This document shows positions 11,901 through 23,955 of a stretch of 64,000 nt of DNA, one piece after another (the first letter of the stretch is position 1; every line of letters starts with the position of its first letter). The DNA is taken from the NCBI GenBank assembly GCA_040954595.2, contig CM082594.2, forward strand, positions 10,854,276 to 10,918,275, read 5' to 3'. The DNA comes from Balanoglossus misakiensis (lineage: Eukaryota > Animalia > Hemichordata). A program made the translations under genes and the position numbers. The notes beneath the pieces are model-generated. The model worked only from the letters and a program-made list of their open reading frames with translations. It was not told the origin of the DNA and searched no databases.

Positions 11901-14679
11901 CAAAGTGTGGTTCAGATGGGTTCGAACTACATTATGTATATAATCTGATGGGTTCGGTAAAAGAGCCTACTTACCTCTGATTGATACGAGACACCTCGCC
12001 CCATCGTCTCACTGAGAACGCCAGCTGGTTGGTCGCGTGGTGCAGCAACACTCGGGCATTGTGCCACTTGTATTTGGCAATCAGAACCCTCTGTTGTCTC
12101 TCAGTCAGCGAATCCAATTCGGTCTCCAGTTTAAATTCTAAATCGCTGCCATATTTGTTGTCGAAGACGGCCACTGGGAAAGGAAGACAAAAGACGAGTG
12201 GTTATAATAGAAACCCCAGTCGCGTCTCAAAGTCAATACTGGCGTATGCATGCTTCTCAACTATTGGCAGTGAATGATTTTAATTTCAAATACTGATACT
12301 TACACAACAAGCCGTCTTGTTTAGCATATAAACTCTTCAGCTGGTTCAAATCTTCTTTTCCAATATCTTGTTCCAACAGGACTTGTTCCAGGCGTTTCTT
12401 TTTCGCGTTCAGTTCCTTCTGCGCGACCTCTTGTCTGTTCAGAGCATCCATATACTCTTGCTGCTCCTTGGCCATCTGCTGGTCAAACTGGACCTGTGTC
12501 ATCATCTGTCGAACCGATGGATTCTGGCCAAGCTGAACGACATCTTGGTGTTCCTTTTTCCTGTAAAAGTATAGACATCACAGAGGGTGTGAAATGAGAG
12601 CAGGTTTTGACCCGAGATGTGACACGTTTTCATTTACAATATCTACCAAGAATGAATGCAAGTGATTGTGTTTTTCTCTCTATGTAACCAGTCACCTGAC
12701 AGATGTTCTTTACAACACTTGATAAAATCCTTCCTCTTCATATAGCTATGTCAATCACAGAGGTCAAAGGTCAAGTCAGATTCCTCCACCTTATTTTCAA
12801 AGAAAGCCATTAACTCCTTGTTGCTTAGCAACATAAATGCTTTGTTGTCAAAGCGGGTGACTGACCTAATAAAAAAAGGTGAAGCTTTTGATGTGACAAT
12901 GCCCTCATTTCTGTCATATAGAAACGAACAAATTAATTTGAAATAACAATGACAGCATAATATTACTAATAACCTAATAGCTATTTCAGCATAATATAAT
13001 TAAAGCTCACTGCAATTAAATCTCGCATAAAGGACACTACACTATGATAAAATATAGCCATGTCCAGGCAACAATATTTCACTTGAATCTCTGATATTTT
13101 CTGATAAATAATAATCTTGATTTTTTTTTACCTGTGTAAAGTAGTTACTATTGTTTCACATATAATTATACCACAATTTTTTCAGAGTGTTTTTTTCCAT
13201 GAGGCTGTAAGTCACTGTAACCATGGAAACAAAGGAGGTTGTGAAGTCACATCTGAGCTGATGACCTCACACACTATCATCCTCCAAGACATCAACTGTC
13301 TGGATGAGAATATCTTGTCTGCGTTCTACATCACTATTTTATCCTTGTTCAGTTCTGTCTCCTAGCAATACTATACCTCTTCTATTTCTTCTAAATTTCT
13401 TATTTTTTTGTTGCAACAATTTTTTCACAAAATTCTCTGTTTTTACATGATTATCTGAGAATGATCTGCGTACACACGCATAATTCCATTTATTTATTCC
13501 GTTTTTTTGTTATTCTCTCAACACATATTTTTTTATGAATAGCAGGTTTATAGCCATTGCCATGGAAACATTGTTATCATTTCTAAAAGATTTAACATTC
13601 ACAAACTGGGTCAATGTCATGCCATAATGGTTGAAAGTATGACATCATCCACTGCAGTTCTGATATTTTATTGCAATAATTTTAATGCTAATAGTCTCCC
13701 ATTGACAGAGAAACGTCACATGCACTTACGTCTGAGCGGCTAACTGTTGAAACTGCTGTTCTGCGTTCTTGACCTCTACTTGCAGCTGGTGGATCTCTTC
13801 TGCTTTCATGCCGTAGTTTCTTCCGACACCCTTTGACTCCAACCTCTGAATCTCCTTTTCCAACTCGATCCATTTCTTCAGGAGATCCTCGTTAAACTCC
13901 ACCGCCTCCGGCTGAAATCACGAGAACAAAGCACGACACATGATTTATGCCGTTTCAGTGAAGGAAGTCTACAGCAAATCCGATGTGAAAAGTGTCTTTA
14001 TTCTGAACTCTATGGCCTTGCAAACATTGTGTGTCATCCACCGACACACACAATGTTTGCGTGCGAATGTCACGCTGTCTTTGGCGTCACAAAAATGAAT
14101 TCATACTTGATTCAGACTGAGTCATATACACATTCAAAACACTGTGGTGTACCAAACAATACAAACAGTTGTATAAATCACTGACTGCAAATTATACTGA
14201 AGGATGAGTCAGCGATCTCCTCATTTACTCAATATGCTTTATTAGCGTATTTTCGCTGGAGGCAGGTTTCAGATATTGCATGGATGACTGACGACGTTAA
14301 ATTGTACGTATTTCTTTTCAGAGGAAAGTGGTTTCATTAAATACAAGCACGGCAACAAATTATCTGAATCATGGGTCCTTATGAGGTAACATTCAAATGT
14401 TGTGCAAATACCATAAAATTATTCATTTTTTTTATTTTTTTGATATGTACGCAGTGTTGTGTATATCAGCACAGAAGTTAACATCCCACAGCTCTGTCTC
14501 TATGGCAACAGTAACCATCAACTTACCTCTCCTTCCTCCTCCTCTTCTACATGATTATTCACCGGCGGCCGAGATCCGACCTGAGCGTGTGGCTGTTGTG
14601 GGGGCACTGACGCTACCGGCCGTGACTGCTGCTTCACATCTTGTCTGGGTTCAACAGTTGAAGACGCAGCACACCCCAT
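8925..14679 (-). CDS. Uncharacterised coiled-coil protein with N-terminal MGC acylation motif, 10 exons, ~525 aa
   Basis: Exons 14527-14679, 13730-13911, 12304-12560, 11975-12173, 11515-11773, 11178-11343, 10440-10454 (microexon), 9610-9686, 9287-9374, 8925-9106; all GT-AG, 1578 nt, single open frame. Begins MGCAASS; long E/K/Q-rich helical stretches; central helical block containing FPYC; basic C-terminal QRRNRRRR. Family not recognised. Confidence 0.85.
10440..10454 (-). CDS. 15-nt phase-1/phase-1 microexon of the uncharacterised gene (adds five residues, V-M-S-L-R)
   Basis: Minus strand reads ttcctttttcactaatatag|TCATGAGTTTACGAG|gtgagt: polypyrimidine tract, CTAAT branch point, consensus donor; frame-preserving between two phase-1 boundaries. 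Confidence 0.65.
12581..13110. repeat. Possible decayed non-autonomous interspersed repeat in an intron
   Basis: Motif-dense block (AGGTCAAAGGTCA at 12761-12773, GTTGCTTAGCAAC at 12820-12832) with loosely inverted ends (gtgaaat near 12590, atttcac near 13077); no ORF. Repeat status not verifiable here. Confidence 0.25.
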
Positions 14680-15479
14680 GATTGAGCTGTTGAAAAAACA
14701 GTCGAAAACACAAAATGCATCAAGCACAATTTGAATTTCTCATTTCACCATGGGTTCCCTTTAATCCTTTCATATAATGTAACTCATCATTTTGATATAA
14801 ATCAATAATCAATGTATTTATCTAAAAATTCGCTTCTTTTGGTTTCTTATTGTCATTTTAGGAATAACTTTAACACGAGACTGCACACACGGCCACATAT
14901 ATGAAAATCATCTTCTTCTCTGTAGAACTGGAAAGTGATGTACGTTTCATGTTGGTTTCATGATCCAAGAGCATGATCTTTAAGTTATCCTGGGGAGGGG
15001 GCGTGGCAGCGTGTGTGTGATAGGGGAGGGGGCTCCCGAAAGGAAAGACACCCTTATATATTGACAGTGCCGCCGGTTTAAACAGGAGCACCTGTTGGGT
15101 GTATGTTCCCGATCTACGCTCCAGATTTCGTTGTATGAATCTGTATGTCATTGATTTGATTTATATAGCTAATGCCTCCGAAGAAACCATTGATATCCGG
15201 TGAAACACTCATTCATTCCAAGGAAAAATCAGAACACAAATGAAAACTGACAATGCAATGGATTTCAGACAGTCGTTTTGTAAGCTTTCTGCATCAGCAT
15301 CCACGACATCTCAATGTCAAGTTGATCTGTGATACAGAGAATTCACCGGCTGTACCCGATCGGCAGCTGCTCACTAACAACAACTTCACGTGAAATGATT
15401 TCTTGTCGAAGACATTCGTCAATCGTGTCGGCGATCTGTAAATCGCGTTATTACAAGACAGTGAGCAATAGTTTTCAAT

Positions 15480-16530
15480 GATGATAAAGTAGTCTTCCAT
15501 ACTCACCAGTTTCTGTAAATATTCCACAATCCGTAAAAAATTAAGCGAAACCCAGGTCTGCTTTAACGCGCAAGGCTCACCGTGGAAAGCCCTTATTTGC
15601 ATATGAATTGATGACGTCGGCTCACTATAGCAATGGACATAAACAGTCAACACGCTCAACCTCGAAACACGTACTCACGCAGGTACTGCCAGTATAAGTC
15701 AATAGCGACCGTCAAACACGTAAAACAATTGCGTGGTCGGTCGGTCGATAAAGCACACGAATATAGAAACAATTACATAACTTGAAATCTAGTACCTTTG
15801 AGACGTGACGACAGCACACGTCACGAACTTCTTTAAAAGTGAGTCGCCTTTAGCTTAGGCCTACTAAAACCAAATTTGCAATACTACGCCCGTCGATCTA
15901 GGCAATTTTCTACGAGTGGTTTTTCCACTAAATCTCGTTAAAATTGACCGTTTATCGGGTACGATTAGGCCTATTTATCAAGTTATGAATAATTGTAGTT
16001 TTTGTTAGAATCTCCTTTACCATGATAGGGGGTCAGCCTATGCAAATGAAACACAATACCATGATGAACATGAAATTGAACATGAATTATTTTATGTAGT
16101 CCATAATTAATTTTATTTATTTCTTCAATCATGGAGCTAGAAGGGGCTTCAATTAATTTTGTGTTTGCGGTAAACCGTACAAAACTTTGTTCAAAGTACA
16201 GAGCGCCACCGGGCGACCAAACTTATCGATACTTACACAGAGTGAGTCTGCGCGATGCCCTTTGACCAATGAACATTTGCAGGTCACAGAAAAGCAGCTC
16301 CGAGGTTGTGTCAACGTGTCCTGTACCGATTTGCAAGCAAGATAATTTACCCATACCAGCGATATGGTTTCTGAAAGTTAGTGTGGTAAGTGCAATGGAT
16401 AGACTGTCTGTGAGATTTCGAATTCATCGCAAAATCGGTTCACTGTTGACGTTTTTGTTCCGCCACCTTGAAATCTGTCACTCACTGCTCAACGAACGAA
16501 CGAACGAACGAACGAACGAACGAGTGAGTA
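15480..16530. promoter_or_regulatory. Putative bidirectional promoter region of the uncharacterised gene and MGAT1, with CTCF-like motif
   Basis: CpG-rich; minus-strand donors GTGAGT near 15501-15506 and 15673-15678; plus-strand donors GTAAGT at 16386 and GTGAGT at 16524; CTCF-like motif (minus TCGCCCGGTGGCGCT) at about 16202-16216. Confidence 0.45.
16491..16522 (+). repeat. (AACG)8 microsatellite
   Basis: Eight perfect AACG units, followed by A and a GTGAGT donor. Confidence 0.95.
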
Positions 16531-16728
16531 CTTTACGAGTGACTGTATTATACAGTATTTTCGTTCGTGGCAGCGAGTGGCATCGCCCTTGACTTGTCGG
16601 CTGAGTGTCGAGATTACAATCGATTTCTCCAAACACTGCGTACGATGAATGATGCACAAACTGCCGGTCGGTTTGTACTAGGTCGTTTGCTGTGGCTTTC
16701 AATCATTCGGCTCGATGTTTGTGTAGTG

Positions 16729-16754
16729 CCCCCCCCCCCCCCCCCCCCCCCCCC
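16729..16754 (+). repeat. Poly-C tract of 26 nt (G-quadruplex-capable on the minus strand)
   Basis: Direct observation; homopolymer length may be a sequencing or assembly artefact. Confidence 0.9.
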
Positions 16755-18036
16755 TTTAAGTCACTCGATGTTTACATCGTTCTATATCATGTCAGGGTGT
16801 CCAGGTCCTTTATTTGTTGAATTTAGTGAAATCAGATCAATCAATGTCACAAATTTTCAACTAGAAATAGGTTATCAATACAACATGCAATGACATGTTT
16901 ATTTATTTCTACGTATGTTTAGAATTCAGTGAAGCATATTTCACCAAACTGTGTATAAAATAAAACCAAAAGGATAATCCCAGTTCCCTGTCAATCAGAT
17001 TGACACCATTCATAAAAGAACTCTAAAGTGAATACCTCTGCAAAGTGGGCAATTTTCACAATACCATTCCCATTGATGTCGAGTTCAGTGAGCATATTAT
17101 GCAAATTTCGCCCTTGTATATTGTGCACATTCAGAGCGAGACACTCATCTATTGATGGTATGTGTTTCCTGTAAAGATTGTAAAGGTTATAGACTAGGCT
17201 TTGGACGCTGTGACCCAAATCTTAATCACCTGTTACTCACATGGATGACTAAGTCCACTGTCTGCATTCTGGCAGCTTCAGACACCTGGCCAGTTGCGTA
17301 CCTGGTTGAGTTTTCCTGCAAAAGAAAAAAATCCCGGCAATTGAAATCACTTGACATTTTCATGAAATCGCTAATTTACTCCAAGCGACGACGGCTACCC
17401 TCTTTACTCTCCACACTCAACTCGCACAAGGAGATTGGTGCTACAGGCCCCAGTTTGCAAACCTTCAATGAGATCTTGTTTACCGGAAAGAGAGTGTGTG
17501 AAGGAGGCGGGCCCTGTGAGTATTCATTGCGCGACATCTCATCTCATCGACTGCACACTGATAAAGCACGCAATTTGCACAGGGTGTTGGTGACACACAT
17601 GTACATGATCAGCAGACCGTGTAATGAACTCAGATGAGAGAATCGTCCCTGACAGATCATACTTGCATCATGACATGCATGAATGGAGCCACCTCCTGTG
17701 GTATTAAACTCTGTTGATGATTTTATACTTTGCTGTGTTAGAAAGATATCAGCTAGCACTGTGTGGTGCTCAATAGGAGTTGTCCAATGTAACCCATGGG
17801 AGTTCTGTGCCTGATGAGAAATTGATTGGATCGGTACTGCACAAATTGCTGATATTGAGAATGTGAATGCAGATATGTAAAAAGAGCAGCCGGCAAAAAA
17901 AACACAATCAGCTGTCAGCTGAATTTACCACCTGTTGAAATGTTACTTGCAGTCCCCCTCCCCCTTTCTTGACCCCACCCCCTGGTTTAATTAAAGTTAT
18001 TCAAATTGTCAAGTTAAGGCCACCTCATCTGACCAC

Positions 18037-18120
18037 AGTTACAAAGTGCTGCAACTAATTTAAGCCAATGATTATGCACCCAATATTATTGGCCTAAATT
18101 AGTTATAGCACTTTGTAGCT
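18037..18120 (+). repeat. Inverted repeat: 36-bp stem with 12-nt loop in a MGAT1 5' intron
   Basis: Left arm AGTTACAAAGTGCTGCAACTAATTTAAGCCAATGAT (18037-18072) pairs with 18085-18120 with 2 mismatches and 3 G-U pairs on the plus strand. Confidence 0.9.
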
Positions 18121-19031
18121 CAGAATTGTAATGCAATTAGATGTACATGTTTGCTCATTGATGATTCAAGTCAGTTATGCTTCATTACGTCCATGCATCA
18201 ATTTCCCATGAGTGGCAGATATTATTCAGCCATAGCAAAATTAATCTTCCGAGTGGCTTATTGTACAGTTAAACTAAGAAATGTGATCAAAACACTGGTA
18301 AATATGAAAAAATGAACTAATATTTGAACAAATTATCTAATTAAAATTTTTCTTGGAGTCCTCAATTGTCATTCACTATGGCAATGGCTGCCATGGTGAC
18401 ATTTAGTCGATATATAGCAGTCAGGAAGCAATATTTTCTTTTGAAGAGACTTGTTCAGAAGTTCAATAAGAGAATGTGCATTGAATGATAAGAAGCATTT
18501 GCTTTCATATACGTGTAACATGTAACCTAATACCCATTAGATTCGCGTAGCTTTTGCAATCATTAATACTAACCCAGTTAACAAAAGTTAAAATCAATAT
18601 ATTTTCTATAATTTCTCAAAATTGAATATGATGCCATTGTGGAGCTATACATTGAACTTTGGACTATATTTAAAGTGATAATGATTGACTCAAGCTACAC
18701 AATATAATTGCCAGAAATAAGGTTATTTGAATACACTGTATACTGTATACATTTTGTTATAAACTAGCCCAGCAATAATATACACTTGCCATTTGGTAAG
18801 TCTCCACATGTAATCTCAAAAATGTGTTTTTTTACAGCATATTGTACATGCCACGTCAACAGATCTGGTGAAAAGGTGACTGTGCATGTTTTCTCTTTGC
18901 AGTATTCTGATTGGTGAAAAGGATGATGGCATATCCAATGGCAATATTGCACCTCTAACCGAGCCCTGTTAGTGATTCACTTCACGCTGTAAATACATGT
19001 GCCTGTGCGTTGAACATCTGTCATTTGCAGA

Positions 19032-22000
19032 ATGATGCGTTGGAGAAAGATATACGTGCTAGGAGCGGCCCTGTTTCTATGTTGGAATGTCGTCACATAT
19101 TACGTCTTCCTAAATAACATGCAGAGCAGAGGGGTAAGTGTTTGCTTTTCTGCTTTCCATAAACGACCTAGCCAACCTGGGCGGTAACTTTGATCATACC
19201 ATTATCTAGTATGTCTCCTGATGTTCTGACAATTAAAAGCATTAGGCTTTACTGCGATATAATGCATTCAGAATGAATATTTGTTAACAGTTTGCAATGT
19301 CTCCAATTTCTTTTTCATTCTGACTGCTTTACATTACATATAGGAGGTAAGAGTCTTTATTTTAACAGTATGAAATGAATAAATTAATTTGAGTGAATTT
19401 TGAAATGCTAGACTTGGCTGCTTGTGTGTATTGACTCTTTTTTCGCTTCTGTGAATTAGCTTGCATGTTGCTACAGTTCACAGCAGAACTATTGCACCGT
19501 CCAGATGGGGCTGTGATGTGCCTCGGCCAGGCTCATTTCTGGCTAGACTGGGCGATCCTATCAGCTGAGAGCATGGAACACATTACCTGCCCATTGCCAA
19601 GGGGAACTACACAATAACACTGCTCCAAACATTTACAGTGTGCAATAACACCCAACTTCCATACACAGCAAAAAAGTTCAAGGGTGCATTTTACTTTCAA
19701 TATTGCAGGCTCTCACACGGTTAAACAACCAGATGACCAAACTACAACAGGAAGTCCATCAGCAAATCCAGGACAATGATGATCTGTTAGAAGACATCAA
19801 GCAGCAAAAAGAAATTCTTCTGAGTAAGAGCTCTTTTGAAATAGATGATACAATACTAGCATACTTGCATGTTATGATAGTTTTATGACTTTCAAAAAGT
19901 ACTTTTATGTCAAAGTTTTAATCCCAATATTATGTCTCTTCTTCTTTGTAGGGCAATATAAAGCATTGGGACGCCCCAATCCGTTAGATAAAAAAGTTCC
20001 AGAGGAGATGCCAGCCAAGTCTGTGAAAGTGGACACTGAGCCGAAAGTTTATCCCCTCAACAATATTGTGATACCAATATTAGTTATAGCATGCAATAGA
20101 CCCACAGTTACCAAGTGCCTTGATTTACTTATAAAGTAAGTATTTTCACCATCTACTTTTTGTAAAATTGCAGAAAATATGTTGAGAAATGTCAAGAATT
20201 AGACAATAGATTGAACCATCTGTGCGAATCGAGATAGGCACTGACATATGGTAGATAATTTTCTGTTGAAATGAATGTGAATTCATGGATGTGATGGTGG
20301 TGTCAAATATAACATAAATGCATGGAATAACTGATACCAGCATGATGGATGTTTTAATAGATGAGTGGGTTGAGGGAGTTTGAAATATTCATATGCCACC
20401 CACTGTGTGATGACAAGCATAAATCGAGCAATATTTCAATTTCAAATGAAGATTTGCTTAATCGCAGAGAGTACAAACAAGACTGTTGTCTGAGCAGCTG
20501 ATGATCGGATTTCATCTTTGTACTTGTTTTATAGGGTTGACACTGCAAAAGAGTATGTTTATTCCCTTAACAGTGTTATTTGAAGTGTAATTTTAAAAGG
20601 AATTGTCCATTTTTTGAGACTAAATTGGTGTGACATTATCTGAGTAGTGGGTATTAATGACTCTTTAATATAGCAAGTTATTAGCATAACAATTACTCTT
20701 ATTGTTATGCAGATTAGCTGACATGCAATCAGAGAGGGAATATTGAGTTAGCAATTGCTGGTAGTAATCTATAACAATAAAAATGCTAAATTGGGTCGAA
20801 TGTTTTCCGTCGTATTTCGTAATATGCAACCAGGAGTATCTATAGTTTATGGTGTGTGTATATCATTATTCAATATCTGGCTTTTAGGATCTTTGATGAG
20901 AGACTGCTGTTGGAACGTGATCCAAGGGGATGTTTTGCATTAGTGTCAGATTGATGTGCGAGCCACATTAAACTTTCAACATGTTGTCGCTGTGAAAAAC
21001 AGAATGTCAGAGATTCGCTACCCTCTAATTAGCCATCAATAATGAGAAGTTTAGTCGGTGAATATTTTACGCGGTTCAATGCAGAGGTCAGCCAAAGGTG
21101 TCCAGGGAGTAGGTTTGAGAGAGTTTGTGAGAGAATAAATGATGATGTGTTGTAATGCAAACTATAAACCCCTGTAGCGATTTTTTTGATCAATTGGCTG
21201 ATTTGTATTTGGTGATTTGTCATTGATGGAAGGAGTCTGCTTGAGTTCATATTAGACTAGATGCGTCACAAGAAGTGGAATGAAATTGTGAGCAGTGGGA
21301 TTCAGGTTACTCGTTTGTTAATGTTATCTTTACGAGACAAAGTCCAGACAACATTTGATGATATACGTTGTCATTGATGGAAGGAATTAATCGCATAGGT
21401 CATTGAGCTCTAATCATCAGAGAGCAAAAGAGACCTTGGCAGACGGAGATAGACATACACATAATATCATCCCCTGTGAGTCAGACAGAGAATTTCTGAA
21501 TGCCTGAAAACAAGGCTAAGCCGTATGCTCTTTTTATAGTTTTGTAGCAAATCTCCTTCACTGTTTCCTGTGATGACTCATAAAGCACTCTCTGCAGGGA
21601 AAATGAAAGTCTGGGGAAAAATGGCTGTTAATGATGCTGAATGCATTAATATTGTTGGCTTTACTGTCTGTGGAATTCTGCCATCAAATGAAATCAAGTG
21701 AAATGTCATTGGAGACTTGATTTATTTCAGACAATATAAGAAGAGAAAGGAAATTGGAAAATCTCTGAGTTCTGATATATTGTCATGTGTAACACCAGAT
21801 GTTACATGCCTTTTTGCATTTGACATATTGCATTTTGTTTTGCCACAATCTACGGTAATCACAGGAGGCCATCGGGTTAAAAGCTAAAGTTATATGCGTG
21901 ATGAGGTTGTCAGTCGTTGAGTTATTGGTCGCTGGGGGGAAAATAGAGATTATTTATTTCTATGTTGTTTTTTTTCAAATTAGATACAGACCTTCTGCTG

Positions 22001-23955
22001 AAAAATTTCCAATTATAGTGAGTCAGGATTGTAATCATCAAGAAACGGCCAAAGTGATTGGTAACTATGGTGATAAACTTACACATATACAGGTAAGTGT
22101 CAAACAAGCAGAAAATACTTATTTCTGATTTGAAGTGTTTAGAAACTGAACATTTGAATTTTCAGTCTACCAATGTTTATACTCAGAGGTTATAGAATAT
22201 GAGTTACAAGCTTTGAGTTCTTTAATTTCAACTGGAACCAAGATATGTTTTTCCCTTCATATTTTTACTTTTAATGCGTTTTCACAGCAACCAGACCAGA
22301 GCAATATTTACCTGCCACCGAAGGAAGTGAAGTATCAGGGCTACTATAAAATATCCAGACATTATAAATGGGCTCTAGGGCAAATATTTAATCAATTCAA
22401 ATATGATAGTGTCATCATCGTAGAAGGTAAGTAAAGGTGATTGTAGTACATGTATAACAATTTCATTGTGAATTCATATGTGACTTTACACTATGTTTCC
22501 AAACGTTACACTTGTGTGTTTTACGGACAGATGATTCTTTTGTCTCTGTTGAGTAAGGGAAGAACCTGCTCACTTGTGATATTTGTCTCTATCATTCCAG
22601 ATGACTTGGATGTAGCACCTGATTTCTTTGAATACTTTCTAGCAAGTTACCCAATCTTGAGGGACGACCCGACACTTTGGTGTGTGTCTGCTTGGAATGA
22701 CAACGGGAAAGAAAACCTTATATCAAAGGACAGTGGTAAGTGTTGTTCCCTCCAAGCATTTGTGGCTTGAGATTGATAAAAGAAAGGCATACGCTACATA
22801 TTAGTTTGAAAGTCCATACTAGTTCAAGAATTTAACTGTTTGTATTTTTGGGTACAGCACTCCTGTACAGGACAGATTTTTTCCCTGGGTTAGGATGGAT
22901 GATGACAAACCAACTTTGGCAAGAACTTGAACCCAAGTGGCCAGGTGGGTAAGTACACAATTTGACTTACTTCAGACCTTCACTTTGACCTTTGACTTGC
23001 TAGAGAAGTTCACCCTTGACCTAACCCATATTGTCACTGTAACACATATAACACTACTGTTTTTTTCTCTCCAGTTTTTGGGATGACTGGATGAGGCTTC
23101 CAGAACAGAAGAATGGGAGAGCATGTATACGACCGGAGATCTCCAGAACCGATACTTTTGGGAAAATTGGTGTTAGCAAGTAAGTGAATTTTAGATGTTA
23201 TTATAGGGGCATTCATAAGCATAATTGGGTCTCATTGAGTTACATGGACAGTTTTGTTTTCTTCTAAATATTCACTGTTGTTTTCATTGTCATTTCTTGC
23301 AGAGGCTTATTTTTTGAACAACATCTGAAATATATAAGATTGAATAGAGACTTTGTAGAATTTACAAAGAAGGATCTTACCTATCTTATGCAGGTGAGTA
23401 GCATTATGAAATATCCTTTGCTAACTGCGTAGACAATATAATTTGCTACATAGTTTTTAGATTGTCTTTCTTGTAACATTAATTATATTACCATTTTTTT
23501 GCAGGAAAATTATGACCCACAATTTTTAAAAGATGTGTACAAAGCACCTAGTATCACATTGAACCAATTAACGAAAGAAAATGCACTGGGCCATAAAGTA
23601 GTCAGGATCCAGTATTCAGACAAAGATACTTTTAAAAACTATGCCAAAGTTCTTGGAATTATGAATGATTTCAAGGTAAGTTACTTCCAGTAATAGTTCC
23701 TACAGCTACAGATACAACTCGTCTTAGACATGAAGTCAGTTTTGTAGGTAAAATTTCTTACAACACTTACAGTTTACATGGAACAAATGATGCTAGAACC
23801 CAATTGAAATATTTAATTCAGTATTCCATTCTCTATTTCAGGCTGGTGTCCCAAGAACAGGTTACAAAGGAATTGTAACTTGCATGCACAAAGGTGTCAG
23901 AGTCTATCTAGCGCCCCCACAGTCATGGAAAGGATACGACCCAACATGGAGCTAA
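19032..23955 (+). CDS. MGAT1: Alpha-1,3-mannosyl-glycoprotein beta-1,2-N-acetylglucosaminyltransferase (GnT-I), 11 coding exons, ~451 aa
   Basis: Exons 19032-19133, 19709-19823, 19952-20135, 21984-22092, 22288-22426, 22601-22735, 22858-22948, 23075-23179, 23303-23393, 23505-23675, 23842-23955. Type II TM anchor, [47 protein letters not shown] (EDD metal motif), [24 protein letters not shown]-terminal GYDPTWS. Confidence 0.96.
19344..19346 (+). CDS. MGAT1: Candidate 3-nt microexon (GAG, Glu) in the MGAT1 stem region
   Basis: tttttcattctgactgctttacattacatatag|GAG|gtaaga within a phase-0 intron; CTGAC branch point and TGC upstream. Confidence 0.5.

Noticed and set aside
13122-13145. AG|GT juxtaposition resembling a recursive splice site
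   Set aside because: Intron is only ~1.2 kb and the donor (GTAAAA) and pyrimidine tract are weak.
16491-16754. NERT repeats and poly-Pro in ORFs 16269-16592 and 16567-16893
   Set aside because: Translations of the AACG microsatellite and the poly-C run, not evidence of a protein.
17152-17637. 161-aa plus-strand ORF in the MGAT1 5' intron
   Set aside because: No motif, no convincing splice pair linking it to MGAT1; likely chance.
20400-21640. Box C/D snoRNA-like motif pairs (GTGATGA...CTGA) near 20407-20494 and 21570-21640
   Set aside because: Terminal stems poor or misregistered and no rRNA-complementary guide recognised; such motifs arise by chance in AT-rich introns. An Infernal/snoscan run would settle it.
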